A DNA stretch of 64,000 bases, taken from Lobosporangium transversale (Eukaryota). Positions 11,547-23,371 of this stretch are shown piece by piece. The stretch is taken from NCBI RefSeq assembly GCF_002105155.1, contig NW_019029016.1:310001-374000 (forward strand). Reading direction: 5' to 3'. Position 1 is the first letter of the stretch. The number at the start of each line of letters is the position of its first letter. Below the pieces are notes generated by a model that worked only from the letters and a program-made list of their open reading frames with translations, searched no databases and had not been told where the DNA came from. The position numbers and the translations under genes are program-made.

Positions 11547-12458
11547 TGGAACGAATAGATAATAGTCTGCAACGGATGAGTTCCAGGAGCGACGAGAAGA
11601 AAGATGTAGATCAGAGTTGCAGGGCAGAGGGATCTTTTATTTAGTTTATTTTCTTTATTTCTCGTCGGATTTTCAATGAAGAAAGGTGACATACATTCGT
11701 CCATGGTACCGTAGACAATGTGAAACAAGATTTAGAAATATCTGCTGAGTCTCTTTTAATGAACCAATCGGAAGCATTATTATGTAAGTCATTAACTTAA
11801 TTTTGAATGGAGGTGAAGAGAAGCAGTTAAGGGGTTTGTATAAGGCGAGCGATCTGCATCTCACGGGAATCTTCGGTAATTGTGGCAAAAGATGCATTTA
11901 GTCAAGGCCCGGGAGCCCATGAGATCCTGACTCCCTCTTTGCAGAATATTTGAGGGAACTAAATGGTCTCACAGCTAGCGAGATTCTAGAATTTTCAGAA
12001 TAAAACCTCGTTTGTCAAAGGAAAGTTCTGATAAAACAGTAATGAAAAAAAAACAACCTTGACTGCGATTTTGGCTTATTAACATTTGCTTGCTCATCTT
12101 TAGTAGAACCTCAGCTACTTCTTTCAATTCTTGTCGTCATTCTTCATGAAGAAGATGTACATCACTCTTGCCTCTTTTTCTTTATTTTTTATATACAAAG
12201 TAAGGAGCCATCAACAAAGAGACTATGTTACTTATCCATCCAAGTGGAAAAGAAGTAGAGGGGGAAAGGATATACAAGGTTGACTGAGTGAATGAGGCTA
12301 AGTTGCAAGTGGCGACAATGCCTAGAATATTCGATGAAGTGCAAAATGTACATACGATAAAAGGGAAATAAACCAATAAATGGAAAGAGAGAGGGATTCA
12401 CTTAGGTTTTATCACTTATCCACATGCTTCCAGGATTTTATCATTTTCTAAGAACTCA

Positions 12459-13531
12459 TCTAGGAGGAGGAAGAGAAGGGACGTTTTTTCGGTGGGGGTG
12501 GTGGTCGCTTCGTGATGGGAGGCATGGATTTATACATCTGTGGAGTAAAAAAGGTCCGAACGTTCGAGAACGCAGAAATGAGAGTGATATCTCTTGATCC
12601 TGAGTTCAATCTCTGAAGAGCAAGTTTACGTCCAACCTGAAGGAAGTATGACTAATGAAAAAAAAAAAATAATTAAATAGACAAATAAAAAGGAACGATC
12701 AATAAACTGCCAACCAGCAAGCCCCACAATGACTAAACCATTAAAACAACAACAATAACGTTAATGCAAAAAATAAAAAAAGTCGTATACCCGCAAGGAG
12801 AACAATGCAGCCAAGGTTCGACCATCCATGAAGCATTCTAGTTCCAGGTGGTTCGTAGGGATGAGCAGATCATGATTCAAGACCTTCCCACAGACATGAG
12901 CACCATCATGCTCACGTAACGACATCAGACTTGCAGAATAGGCTATAGTGAGTGGGACTCTTTTTGTTAGATTATATTTACCAATTTTTCCAAAATTATT
13001 GAAATGTTGTACTGTACCTTGCATATTCAAGAAATACATTTTGGGTGTTCCAGTTTGATTGATAATAAAGTGGTTGAGGCGAATATTCTTTCTCACCATC
13101 ATCTCCACTTCAACTGCAGTCGAACGCAAGGGCTTCATCTCACTGTTCGAAATTGTAACAAACTCCCACTTCTTCATATGCTCGACAGAGACAACAAATT
13201 TGCAGTCGACTTTTCGAGGAGACGCCTTCTTCCCTTTGGGTCGTTCAACTGCGTATTCGGCCTCATTCTGAGATCGCGCCTTACTTGAACCTTTCAATCC
13301 TGTTTCTCCACTAAAAAAGTACAAGAAAAATAACAGGGTTGGTGGTCAGTCAGAAAACAACCCCCCTTCCTCCAAAACATAATCTCTTTGTACTTACATT
13401 ACAGCAGTAACGACTGTTTTCGCAAATAAGGTATTGAACACCCGTTCCCAAACGGCTTGCGACTTCTGCTCTGTATCGACAGGACGATGGATCGGATCCA
13501 CAGCACACAGAGGTACCCTATTGAGTCAATT

Positions 13532-13572
<41 letters not shown>

Positions 13573-14161
13573 ATGATTAGCTCCATCATTCCAAACTCCT
13601 TGACGTTTTGGTTTTTTTTCGTACTTTTACTGAAACTTACACAATCTGTAAGATATCGAGCGCTAGTTTCATTGTCGCATCAATTTTTTGGCCCTGACTC
13701 CGCTTGGTTACTAAAGAGCCTTTTTCGATATCGATTAGATCCGCAAGTTGCCCGACATCAAAGATTCCTTGGTCATCCTGGGCCTGATCCTTTAGCCTCT
13801 TCAAAAGTTGCAAGAGGGTGTTCGAAGGAACGGCTATATCTGGCTCTTTTGTCTTTTCGAGGAGGTTAGGCATATCATGGAGCTTGAAGATGGTCTCAGA
13901 ATCGGCACAATGAAGGTAAACGACAGAGGAGGCAGCGACACTAGGAAGGAGAGGAAAGAAACGATGTCACAATATTATAATACCAATTTGCGCAAAAAGT
14001 ACAAATTATAAATATGTCCTTACAACAAATCCTTCTGCTTGACTTTGCACAAGTCACGGTAAGCTATCAGGTGGTCCTTTACATGTTGGAAAAGGGTCAT
14101 CTTCAGAGTACTTTCCATTTTGGGCATCTTTGGGAGCTGTAATGCCTGGTTGTTTGCCTAT

Positions 14162-14194
<33 letters not shown>

Positions 14195-15490
14195 ATCATG
14201 ATTGTTGGTTAAAAGAAAAAGATTCATCTATCTACATGTATACAATGCTACATATAGTCCATAAAACTTACGGCGCGGTAAAGGGCTTCAAAGAGCGCAT
14301 GAAAGTCATGAGGAAGAATTATTTCGGCGAGTTCATCATCGTTATCGTCATCACTCTCTTCAGCTTCTTGATTACGATCAGCTTCCCCATCGTTACTGAC
14401 TGCTGCAGACCCGAAATCCCGATCTTCATCGAAGGTTGCATCGTCCTTCTCTACCGGGTCCTCGAAGCTCCGATCTTTAAGTCTGGTTAGGAAAGTTTTC
14501 GCAGACAGTGCCCAAAAAATGCATTATCTTTGTGCAGAATCAGCAACTTACGTGTAAAAGCGTCGGTAGTGATAATTGAAGCATTTCTTTGTGACGTATT
14601 CAATCGAGCAATATGTTCTACTCAAGATGACAAATTGTAAACATCAGTCTAGAACATATGTTCAGTCGCTACTGGTAACAATACACATACACAAAACTCT
14701 TACCTGCTTTATCTTCATGGAGGGCATTGTCCAGTGCCTCATCTGATACTGGAGATGCTCTAAAAGGAGAAGGTAATGGGCATATGCGCATTTTCTTTGA
14801 TAGTGGCATGTCAAGGTTAAGGTCGTCTTGTGTGTTTTCATATTCTATGGCCCCAAATAGAATAGAGTATGTGATAAGAGATCTGTAGTATTAGCGATAG
14901 TTCAAATATTCAAATCACCAATGAATTTTACCTTGAGAGTCCTTGCTCGCTTCATTTACTACATCTTGTGCTACTTTCTCTATCAACGAGATGAAATATT
15001 ATTTAGAATAGAATAAGGATATATAATTTAATTTTTCATCAGTATTACCATTTGCTGTTTGTCGAACTTGAGTTACAGTTGTCTGTGTATTTAAAGGAGC
15101 AGCACTCATCAATAATCCCGCGAGTTCTCCCTGGACATTATTGGTGAGAACATGGCGTGCTTGCTGGATCATGTTCTGAGCATTAACAATGGCACCGGAT
15201 GACTCTTGTGCTGTTGCCCGTAGAATGATACCATGAAGTCGAGACCGCTTCGGAAGAAGGTATTGGGCTCTCCATTTATCGCAACGCTCTGACCGAAGCA
15301 TCGCTTTCATTTCTCCCGCCCAATTGGTGTGCTCGGGGTCCTCTTCCATAGCGTTAAAGCATTTTGCAATCGCGTCAAACCAACTAGAAGATAAAGAGAG
15401 ATTAAATTTGTCCGAGAATCCACGCCATAGTTGTTCAGCTTCCTTATGGCGATGCTCCTTCAGGTATGTTATCCAGGCAGAGATATCCAT
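12459..15490 (-). CDS. Multi-exon gene with C-terminal PD-(D/E)xK (restriction-endonuclease-fold) domain; exon structure and integrity uncertain
   Basis: ORF pieces at 14999-15490, 13637-13873 and 12761-13324 separated by GT-AG introns. Motif GETGLKGS...RKVDCKF...ISNSEMK...KNIRLN resembles the REase-like family expanded in Mucoromycota. Confidence 0.65.
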
Positions 15491-15670
15491 GACAAGTGAA
15501 TGAGGCGAATACACGTGTTACTAAGGTTGCGGCAGTAAGATCCGTTGGTTCTTGGCCGTCATAAAACAGAACATTAGTATCACGTTATTTCTTCAGAAAT
15601 ATACATGAACAGTTGAGAAAAATTAAATAATCAAGGATAGTATAATTAAATCCGATGTCAAGTATTGTGT

Positions 15671-16171
15671 GGCACCCTCAAAATTGAATCCATGGACTAT
15701 GCCATGTAGTCGGAGGGGCGTCAGAGCAGCCTCGCCACCAACAGCACCACAATAGCCTCTCCCTTTGAAAAAAGGAATGATGGGTCTCCTTATAAGCACG
15801 CGCAGCGGGAGGTCCAAGAGGCAACACCCATATTTGTATTGGCTCACCCAACCACCGGAAACACATCAGCTAAAGAGCACTGAGTTTGACAATACAATAT
15901 TACGGTTCAATCTTACGGTTCAATCATAGAGGATAAGAAGGAGAATGGATGGCACCCTCAAAATTGAATCCATGGACTATGCCATGTAGTCGGAGGGGCG
16001 TCAGAGCAGCCTCGCCACCAACAGCACCACAATAGCCTCTCCCTTTGAAAAAAGGAATGATGGGTCTCCTTATAAGCACGCGCAGCGGGAGGTCCAAGAG
16101 GCAACACCCATATTTGTATTGGCTCACCCAACCACCGGAAACACATCAGCTAAAGAACACTGAGTTTGACA
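15671..16171 (-). repeat. Two 221-bp direct repeats (15671-15891, 15951-16171)
   Basis: One mismatch between copies, period 280; GC-rich and G/T-rich on the minus strand, upstream of the REase-like gene. Confidence 0.95.
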
Positions 16172-16918
16172 TTCAACCTTTCAAATAAATAAAAGAAGAG
16201 AGGAGAGAAGTAGGAAAAGGGAGTATGGAGATGTGAACAAACCTGTATGATAGATGTAGAGATGATATAAAATGATTAATTTATAAAAGCCTCTTAGAAG
16301 AAGGAGAGAAGCAGAGCGAATGAATAGAAAGTTGTGCACAAGAAATGGGTAAGAATAAGTAGAGCGACAAAAAATAAAGGGAAAGATAACGTGCGCTGAG
16401 AAGGGAATAGAATGTGTAGAAGCGTACAAAAGAGAGGTTTATACAAAAAAAAAGAGAAGCAGAGATAAAGAATAGTGAAGAGTATTGGGATGAAGAGTGT
16501 TAAAATAGGGGTGAGAGGTGAGAGGTAAAAAGGAATGCTGAGAGAAGCGGATACATGAGATAGATGTGAAAAGTGTGACCTGAAGGAGAAATCAAGTCGT
16601 CCAGCGAGAGAGAAATAATGTAGTTTTAAAAAAAAGGTGTGAAGAGAGGAGTGAAATTAATTTTTTAGCTGGGTCGGAAAAAAATCAGGTAAGGTGGCTT
16701 AAATTTTGCCCCCACTTATGAACGTAATTTATTTCAATATTGCCCTATACGGATGTACATATGTCGATGTATGTACGTGATTTATTGTCACTCACATCCA
16801 TCTTTCTTTTCTTTTTTCTCCACATTCACACCAATATTTTCGCTGGAAACTATTCAATCAATCTCACTCTTTGCTCCTTCTAAAGCATTTATTTTTTTCA
16901 GCGCGCAATTATACCAAA

Positions 16919-19222
16919 ATGACACCTTAAAAAATTAAACTATTTTGCGATTCTTCACCATTTAGTGTAAAGGTTGAAGTGGATGACCTCAAGAATGCAA
17001 TCAAGGAAAAACAATCGCCATTACTTGACGACATTCGTGCAAGCAAGCTGGTCCTTTTTCAGGTGACGCTTCCAGATGAGGGCATTCAAGCCAATCTTGA
17101 AAAGGTTGATTCACCCACATCACTCATTAAAGCAACCGCTAGGATCTCAAAGATATTTGGCACATCACCACTGCCTGAGGAAACCATTCACGTCATTGTT
17201 CAGCGTCCATCGCCAGGCAAGTTTATTCCCCATTTAGTAATGACTGAGAATATAATTGACGCATCTAATTTTTTTTTTTATTTCAGATACGACTATAACT
17301 ATACCACTTCCCTTTCTTCGTGTCAACCCTCTCGTACAAGCACACCGACCTTTGACCAAGATGTTTCACGTAAGCTTTCAACACAGTCAAGTTGTACTAC
17401 TTATTATTCTGTTTATTAATCCAATCCTTCTTTATTCACTTAGTTGCATTGAAAAAAATTGCTGCAGAGTTTTTTCAACCTGATTCTGATCACTCCATGT
17501 TTCTAAAAGAATTCGTTTCGGGTATGTATCAATTGCCCGTCACGGAGAGTGGAATTAAAGGACTACCGAGAGTTGGGAAGCGTGGACCATCAAAGAGCCG
17601 AACAGCTCCAACACTATTGTTTTTCGATTTACCAACAGAAGGTCAACCCAACAAAAATCTAAGTATAGTGGAACAAATTCTGGCAGACAACCCAGGATTA
17701 CGCCATCTGCCATATACGGACTATCAGGAGTAAGTACATTGTAATATTGCCGATGCATAATGAAAGCTGCAGAGACCTATTTCTTATACTTTTTATTTTA
17801 TTTATTTTATTAATGTCACTAATGATAGTGCGGCAAAACCAGAACGACTATGGGACTGCTATCTAGGCCTTGGGGACTTTACTGTAATGCCGGAGGGAAG
17901 GACTTGGGCTCAAACTATATGCATACCATCATGGAGGCATTGTCGGACCGTCCAGATTTTATCTATCCGAAAATAAGAAGTCGAATACGGATAGAGTTCG
18001 TCATCTCACTTTTGGTCTCCTTTATGCCCGGCTACTAATCCTTGACTACTGCTTGAGCATTCCTGAAAGTTATAAAACTTTCACGTGTCAGAAATGGATG
18101 TCGCTTCAAGTCGCTACTCCAGTATTTAAGGATATATTCCAGAGCCTTTTCCAGATTATCAGTCGCTACTTTCGCGAACATGAAGTGTCAATGATGAGCC
18201 GTTTGCATTTGTATGTTGTTTTATTTTGTTTTATTTCTTTTTATTTGAAGAATTTAATCGGTATATACATAGTGCTATAGTATCGCTAACTTGCTTTGTA
18301 ACCTATATTAATAGAGAGCAGCGGATAATTTCTTTCAGAAAACAGATCCAGTACACTTCCAACATCAAAGCGATAGAATGACAACAAGTCCTTCTGACTC
18401 ATCTCGCGGATTTGAATGGGAGACCGTAGTTCCAACAAATTTGGAAGGTATATTTCATAACAAGATCGTATCAAGTGCACTATTCAATGATGGCGAAATA
18501 CGTCACGAAATGTTTCGACGCAAAGCAGAGATCGTTGATTTTGAAAGGGTAATGAAGACAACTACCCATGCTGCCAGGATCAGGGGTGACACCATGACTA
18601 TGGATCAACTTTTAGACTCGCATATCAACAATGGATCAGAGTTTAATAGGTTTCCCGTGCCCATTCTATTTCCCCTATGCTTATTGGTCAGGTCCTGATA
18701 TTGTTTTTGTTGTTCGGTTTATCAGTGATACCCCAGAGACGGATATATATTGTGTAGTATTTGCTCAATTGAAACTTCGTGGCGATCTGGATTTAGATGA
18801 TGCACAAGATACCCGCAGATCAGTTCAACCAAAAATAAATTAACAATCATGGCATCAACCTTTCTGAATATTGCAAACCGCGTATGCATTACATCAGTCT
18901 CATATTAGCATATCCATCAGAGATAGCTCAGCATTTCATCAACAAGCCGCTTATGGAGCACGGTAAAGGTATTACTGAGATCGCTTTAACAGTTGACAAG
19001 AATAATATTAGGCAGCTCTTTGAAAAGAAATATGTTGACGAATTGGACCAGTTAAAGCGATTTGGAGAGGATATGGAACGTGATTTAGAATTTGCTAAGA
19101 AACGACGCCGAACAGTTGTTAAAAAGAAACTTCCATGCTCAAATTACAAGATCAAATTCCGATCCACTGTGAAATTTCAGTATTTTGGCAGACCTTGTTC
19201 CCACAGGGGGTTTTTTTTCTAA
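16919..19222 (+). pseudogene. Crinkler (CRN) family gene, degenerate
   Basis: MTP*KIKLFC...FSVKV...DDLKNAIKEK...LVLFQV...IHVIVQRP ubiquitin-like CRN N-terminus; C-terminal GPDIVF...FAQLKL REase-like motif; stop at codon 4 and several frameshifts. Confidence 0.85.
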
Positions 19223-19274
19223 GTTTGGTTAAAGAATTAACCTTATTTTGGACCCTGCATGGATCTTTTTTTCA

Positions 19275-19470
19275 GAAGGACACTGAGCAGTGGCCAAAAA
19301 ATCTTTTTCTCGCCTTGGTCAAAAGAATAAATGAGAGCACATTTACTTTATACTTTAGTTTCCATCTTCTTTTTTCTTTCATTGTTAGCAGAAGTGTGCT
19401 TAGCTTGTGTTAGTATATATCAATCTTGCAAATAGACTCACATCCAAAACAAAACCAAGCTACAAGTGCC
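19275..19470 (+). repeat. Dispersed repeat, second copy at about 22575-22890
   Basis: gaaggacactgagcagtgg...ttagcagaagtgtgct...tcaatcttgcaaatag shared in the same order, with indels. Confidence 0.8.
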
Positions 19471-19573
19471 TAAAAATATAAATACAAATCACAGGTATAC
19501 AAAGAACAGACCTTTTTACAATGGGGTGGATGTAAAGAGAGGCGTAGGTGTACTTGATTAGTGCCTTATTGTA

Positions 19574-20902
19574 CAGTCACCCGAAATAAATTATTGAGAT
19601 TAAGAATATTTATTTACATTTTTTGAATAATCTGGGCAAACAGCTCATATGCAGCATATACAAAGACTTTATCAATCAACATGAAAGTTCGTAATTTTAT
19701 CGAAGAGGCTATTGTGGTTATTTACTGAAGTCCTTGAGGTATATTAATTGATTAAGAGAAGTACTACGCGGGTTCAATAACCAGTGTACCTTCCTTTGGC
19801 CCCCTTCACCTCTATCAACCTTTCTGGCATGGAGTTAACAAGGATAGCCAGCTCCGCTTGTGGCAACTTGTCCCACTCCTCAACCAGAGCCGCTCCGAGG
19901 CTAGCGAGGTCTCTTGGCCCTTTGGTGCGTCTATCAAGTGCAACCGCGAGGAGTGACCACACGTGCTCAATGGGGTTTAAATCTGGAGAGCATGCAGGCC
20001 AGTCTGGAATCCTTGAGATGTTGTTATTTTCGCGCCATTCCCTTGCAACTTTGCATGTATGGACTGGTGCATTATCTTCCATGAGAATACCATCATCCAC
20101 CTCAGCCATAAACCTGGCTAGCTCACATTTATACACATCTTCCACGAAAGATGGTCCACCCCTACGCCCTCGTTGAAATATAACCAACCGGGACCTTCCG
20201 GTCGCTGTAATCGCTTCCCAGACCATTAGGGATGTCCTACCACTCTTGAAAGTAGGCGCAACGCAATCATAGTCGTACTTTTCCTGTGCTGTGCGCCAAA
20301 CTCTTATCTTACGAAAGTGCGCGCCAACTTCAAAGGATAACTCGTCAGACCAAACTACCCGACTCCAATCTTCTATAGACCATTTTTTATATTTTTTTAC
20401 AGACTTCAGCCGCCTCTCTATGTGCTCTGCGCTTAAGAATGGTTTAGGGACAGCAACCCCGCTGAAAATGCCTAAGAAATGCAGCTCCTTTTCAACTGTC
20501 CTCTTACTCACTTTTTTTGGCAATAAGTTGGTGATCTCCTGAAGAGTAACCCTCCTTTCTCTCTTACTATTGCGCACAATGCTTCTGATGTCGTGAGCGC
20601 TCAGTAGTTTTGGACGTCCTGGGGTTTGGGCGCGAGCACTGGTTCCTCTTTCATGATATACCTTGATAATGTGATAAACTGTTGATAGATTCACGCCGCG
20701 TTTCAATGCGATATCCACGCCTTTCAGGCCTGCGAGATGCAATTCGATGATGATGCTTTTAGCCTCGATATCCAGGTTTTTTGGCTTGATGGTTATTTCA
20801 AATTGTTAATATATGGATAATGGGAAAGGGAGAAGACAATTGCTTTTTATCGCGTAGACCATTTTGAATTTTATTATCTCAATAATTTATTTCGCGTGAC
20901 TG
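19574..20902 (-). mobile_element. Tc1-like DNA transposon, 1329 bp
   Basis: 27-bp TIRs (cagtcacccgaaataaattattgagat, 1 mismatch) and TA duplication on both sides. Confidence 0.97.
19774..20790 (-). CDS. Tc1 transposase (DD35E); presumptive start codon reads ATC
   Basis: HTH and GRPK, WSDE, MEDNAPVH, SPDLNPIEHVW; frame open from 20790 with no upstream in-frame ATG. Confidence 0.9.
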   Translation of the reverse strand: MKPKNLDIEAKSIIIELHLAGLKGVDIALKRGVNLSTVYHIIKVYHERGTSARAQTPGRPKLLSAHDIRSIVRNSKRERRVTLQEITNLLPKKVSKRTVEKELHFLGIFSGVAVPKPFLSAEHIERRLKSVKKYKKWSIEDWSRVVWSDELSFEVGAHFRKIRVWRTAQEKYDYDCVAPTFKSGRTSLMVWEAITATGRSRLVIFQRGRRGGPSFVEDVYKCELARFMAEVDDGILMEDNAPVHTCKVAREWRENNNISRIPDWPACSPDLNPIEHVWSLLAVALDRRTKGPRDLASLGAALVEEWDKLPQAELAILVNSMPERLIEVKGAKGRYTGY

Positions 20903-21044
20903 TATGAGAGTGTTTGAGACTGTACGTTCGCGGTGATCTTTTGCTTTTGTTCTTGGCTCTTGTTCCATTTTTCATTGGCTCTTCACTGTAATCCTCTTTT
21001 TTGTTAAATCTTTTTGTGAATTTTTTTTTTTTTTTTTTTGAATC

Positions 21045-21529
21045 ATGCAACCAACGCCGTATCCCTGCCCAGACTGGATGCAAGTGACGATAATGAAGCC
21101 AGACAGATAGCAACCAGACGGCTCCTTTTTAATCAACGCTTCGTTTAAATGCGAGGGCGAGAGAGTCTATACAAAGATCTCTATCGAAGGCAAAGTCCGC
21201 GAGAGGAAGGTGCACCCAGTGTTACAAGTTTGTATCACATCTTTTAGAGACAAAAGAAACTTCGGTGACTGTAGAGGTGATGGGCTATTTTAGGCTCAGT
21301 CCCTTTCGGGGCGACCGAGGTTTAGGTCTTTCTTCCAGGCTGGTGGTAAAGGAGGCGCGTATCCCAGTGGAGTGTTCAGATGATGAAGAAGTGGAACAAG
21401 ATCTATTTGATGGTTTGCCACAGATGGTATCTGTATCTCGAGAGCCGGGGAATGACCTTGTTAAATCGGTGCTGCTGAAAGCGGAGGGAAAGAGAAAGGT
21501 AATATTAGGACATCCAGTTATTTATTGTC
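21045..21529 (+). pseudogene. Unknown small protein, paralog 1 (OB-fold/SSB-like, speculative)
   Basis: MQPTPYPCPDW...FKCEG...VEVMGYFRLSPFRGDRGLGLSSRLVV plus an acidic stretch; one stop and one frameshift; aligns with 21875-22276. Confidence 0.65.
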
Positions 21530-21877
21530 CATTGCCTACGGTACCATGTCCGTATGTGTGTGTCACCTTTCTTCATTGAAAATCCGACGAGAAATAAAGA
21601 AAATAAACTAAATAAAAGATCCCTCTGCCCTGCAACTCTGATCTACATCTACTTCTCGAGCCAAAAGGGTGGTGTGGGTGGGACATACGTCCATGGTACC
21701 TATGACAATGTGAATAGGTCGTCCTTCGTAGACCATTCAGTAGACCATTGTCTACGGCACCATGTCCGTATGTGGTTCCAGAGGGATCGCCAAAGAGAAC
21801 TAAACTAAAACAAAACTAAAACTAAAAGAAAACTGAAGAAAGGTGACACACATACGGACATGGTACCGTAGACAATG
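21530..21877. mobile_element. 348-bp miniature non-coding derivative of DIRS-B
   Basis: Near-identical to 7468-7767 (ITR, ICR, 3' UTR), fused at tgaa to the outer left ITR; about 45-bp inverted ends. Confidence 0.92.
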
Positions 21878-22276
21878 ACTACAAGTCTGTTCCCCTGCTC
21901 AGACTGACTGCGTATCAACATACGTTCCCCTGATGGTCACCTGGAAGATAGCTTGCTTCTTTGTAACATCCCATTCAAATGCGCCGACGGCAGAACATAC
22001 TCCAAGATCCATATCGGAGGCTCCACTGCAAAAGTCCGCCGGCAGAACCCCATGGCGGCATTCGTGGTGAACACCCTAAAAGGGAAAGTAACGAACATCG
22101 ACCTGGAAGTCTGTGGACACTTCAGATTAAGCTCCTACAACAGCGACCGAGGCACGAGCATAAGCTCTCGTTTAATTGTACCCGCCGCCAGACCACTCGC
22201 CAATGAAAAAGAATCCACAGACGAAGATGACAAGATCCTAAACTTTCTCTTCGTGAAGATGTACGACAGACCATAG
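21875..22276 (+). pseudogene. Unknown small protein, paralog 2 (OB-fold/SSB-like, speculative)
   Basis: MTTSLFPCSD*...FKCADG...LEVCGHFRLSSYNSDRGTSISSRLIV plus an acidic stretch; TGA where paralog 1 has Trp. Confidence 0.65.
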
Positions 22277-22574
22277 CTGGCCAAGTCGAACAACATGACG
22301 ACTTATGGTTTACGAAGACGGCGAAGGAAGTCTTACGTCCATTATCCGAACAGGCGACCCTATACTGTCCCACCCTTTTTTTCCCACCTTTCGTAGTTTT
22401 GCATCGAAAGAAAGATGTAAATCAGAGACAGCTATAGTTGAGATTTTATTTTTCTTTATTTACATGGCTTTAGTTGGATTCTCGAGCGGGAAATAAAGAA
22501 AAAGAGATTACACAGTAAAGGATCGCCTGTTCGGATAATGGACGTAAGACTTCCTTCGTCGTCTTTGTAAACCA
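22274..22574 (+). mobile_element. Chimeric DIRS terminal module: family A piece plus family C ICR half, ITR and right extension
   Basis: 22274-22305 matches 3809-3840; about 22306-22510 matches the reverse complement of 30110-30333; 22512-22574 is complementary to the ICR half. Confidence 0.88.
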
Positions 22575-23371
22575 GAAGGACACTGAGCAGTGGGCAAAAA
22601 ATCTTTTTCTGCTTGCACGTAACAATAATAAAATTTTTTCTTTTTTTTTTGTCAACCTTTCTGCATGATTGCTTCCCTTAAAACTTTTATAATCAGATTG
22701 CCAACACTCGCCTTGGTCCTAAGAATAAAGAAGAGAACAATAGAGGAATGTTATATGGTTATTTTTAGCATATTTACTTTATATTTAAGTTTCCATCTTT
22801 TTTTTTTTACAATCTTAGCAGAAGTGTGCTAGAGCTTGTGTTGGCATATATCAATCTTGCAAATAGGCTCTGCATCCAGAGCATCAAGTGCTTACTTTAT
22901 TCTTTCATTTTTTCATTTTTACGAATAATATATGAGCTCATGAAAAAAGGTCACATTTTTTGGAGATATTGAGGCCATTATGAAAGCTGATCAAACCTGA
23001 TCAAACCTGATGGAAACTGATCGCTTTTGACACCGAAATCCTTTTGCTTTTCGTCAAAAATATCCGGTCATTTGATGCATTTTTCTCTTGAAATATTTTA
23101 TGGTCTATCCCTCCAATGATGACCTTCTCTTTCTCTCTTCTGCTTTCCTTTTCTCTCTCTCTTTTTAACTGTACTTTCTTCATCTCTTTTTCTTTCTGCC
23201 TTTATTCATGTTTCCTTCCCATTTTCAATTTATTAACTCTCGCGCCCTTCGACTCAAACTCTCTTTCTCATTTCTACTTGTGCGCTTCACTCTCTCAGAC
23301 TCTCTCGCTTCATTTCTTCGTTTTTCCCTGTTGCCCGTTTCCGTAAGAAACCTTCCTCATCCATACAGAAG

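Larger units (their letters stand above)
7419..11720 (-). mobile_element. Full-length DIRS1-like element, family B
   Basis: Inverted terminal repeats (about 7468-7586 and 11592-11720) and a right extension at 7419-7484. The ICR at 7613-7703 is complementary to both termini. A 4-bp CATT core occurs at both ends and at the ICR junction (gtagacCATTgtctac). Confidence 0.96.

Noticed and set aside
20981..21003. Possible DIRS-C left ITR upstream of the SSB-like pair
   Set aside because: Only a short low-complexity resemblance; not enough to call.
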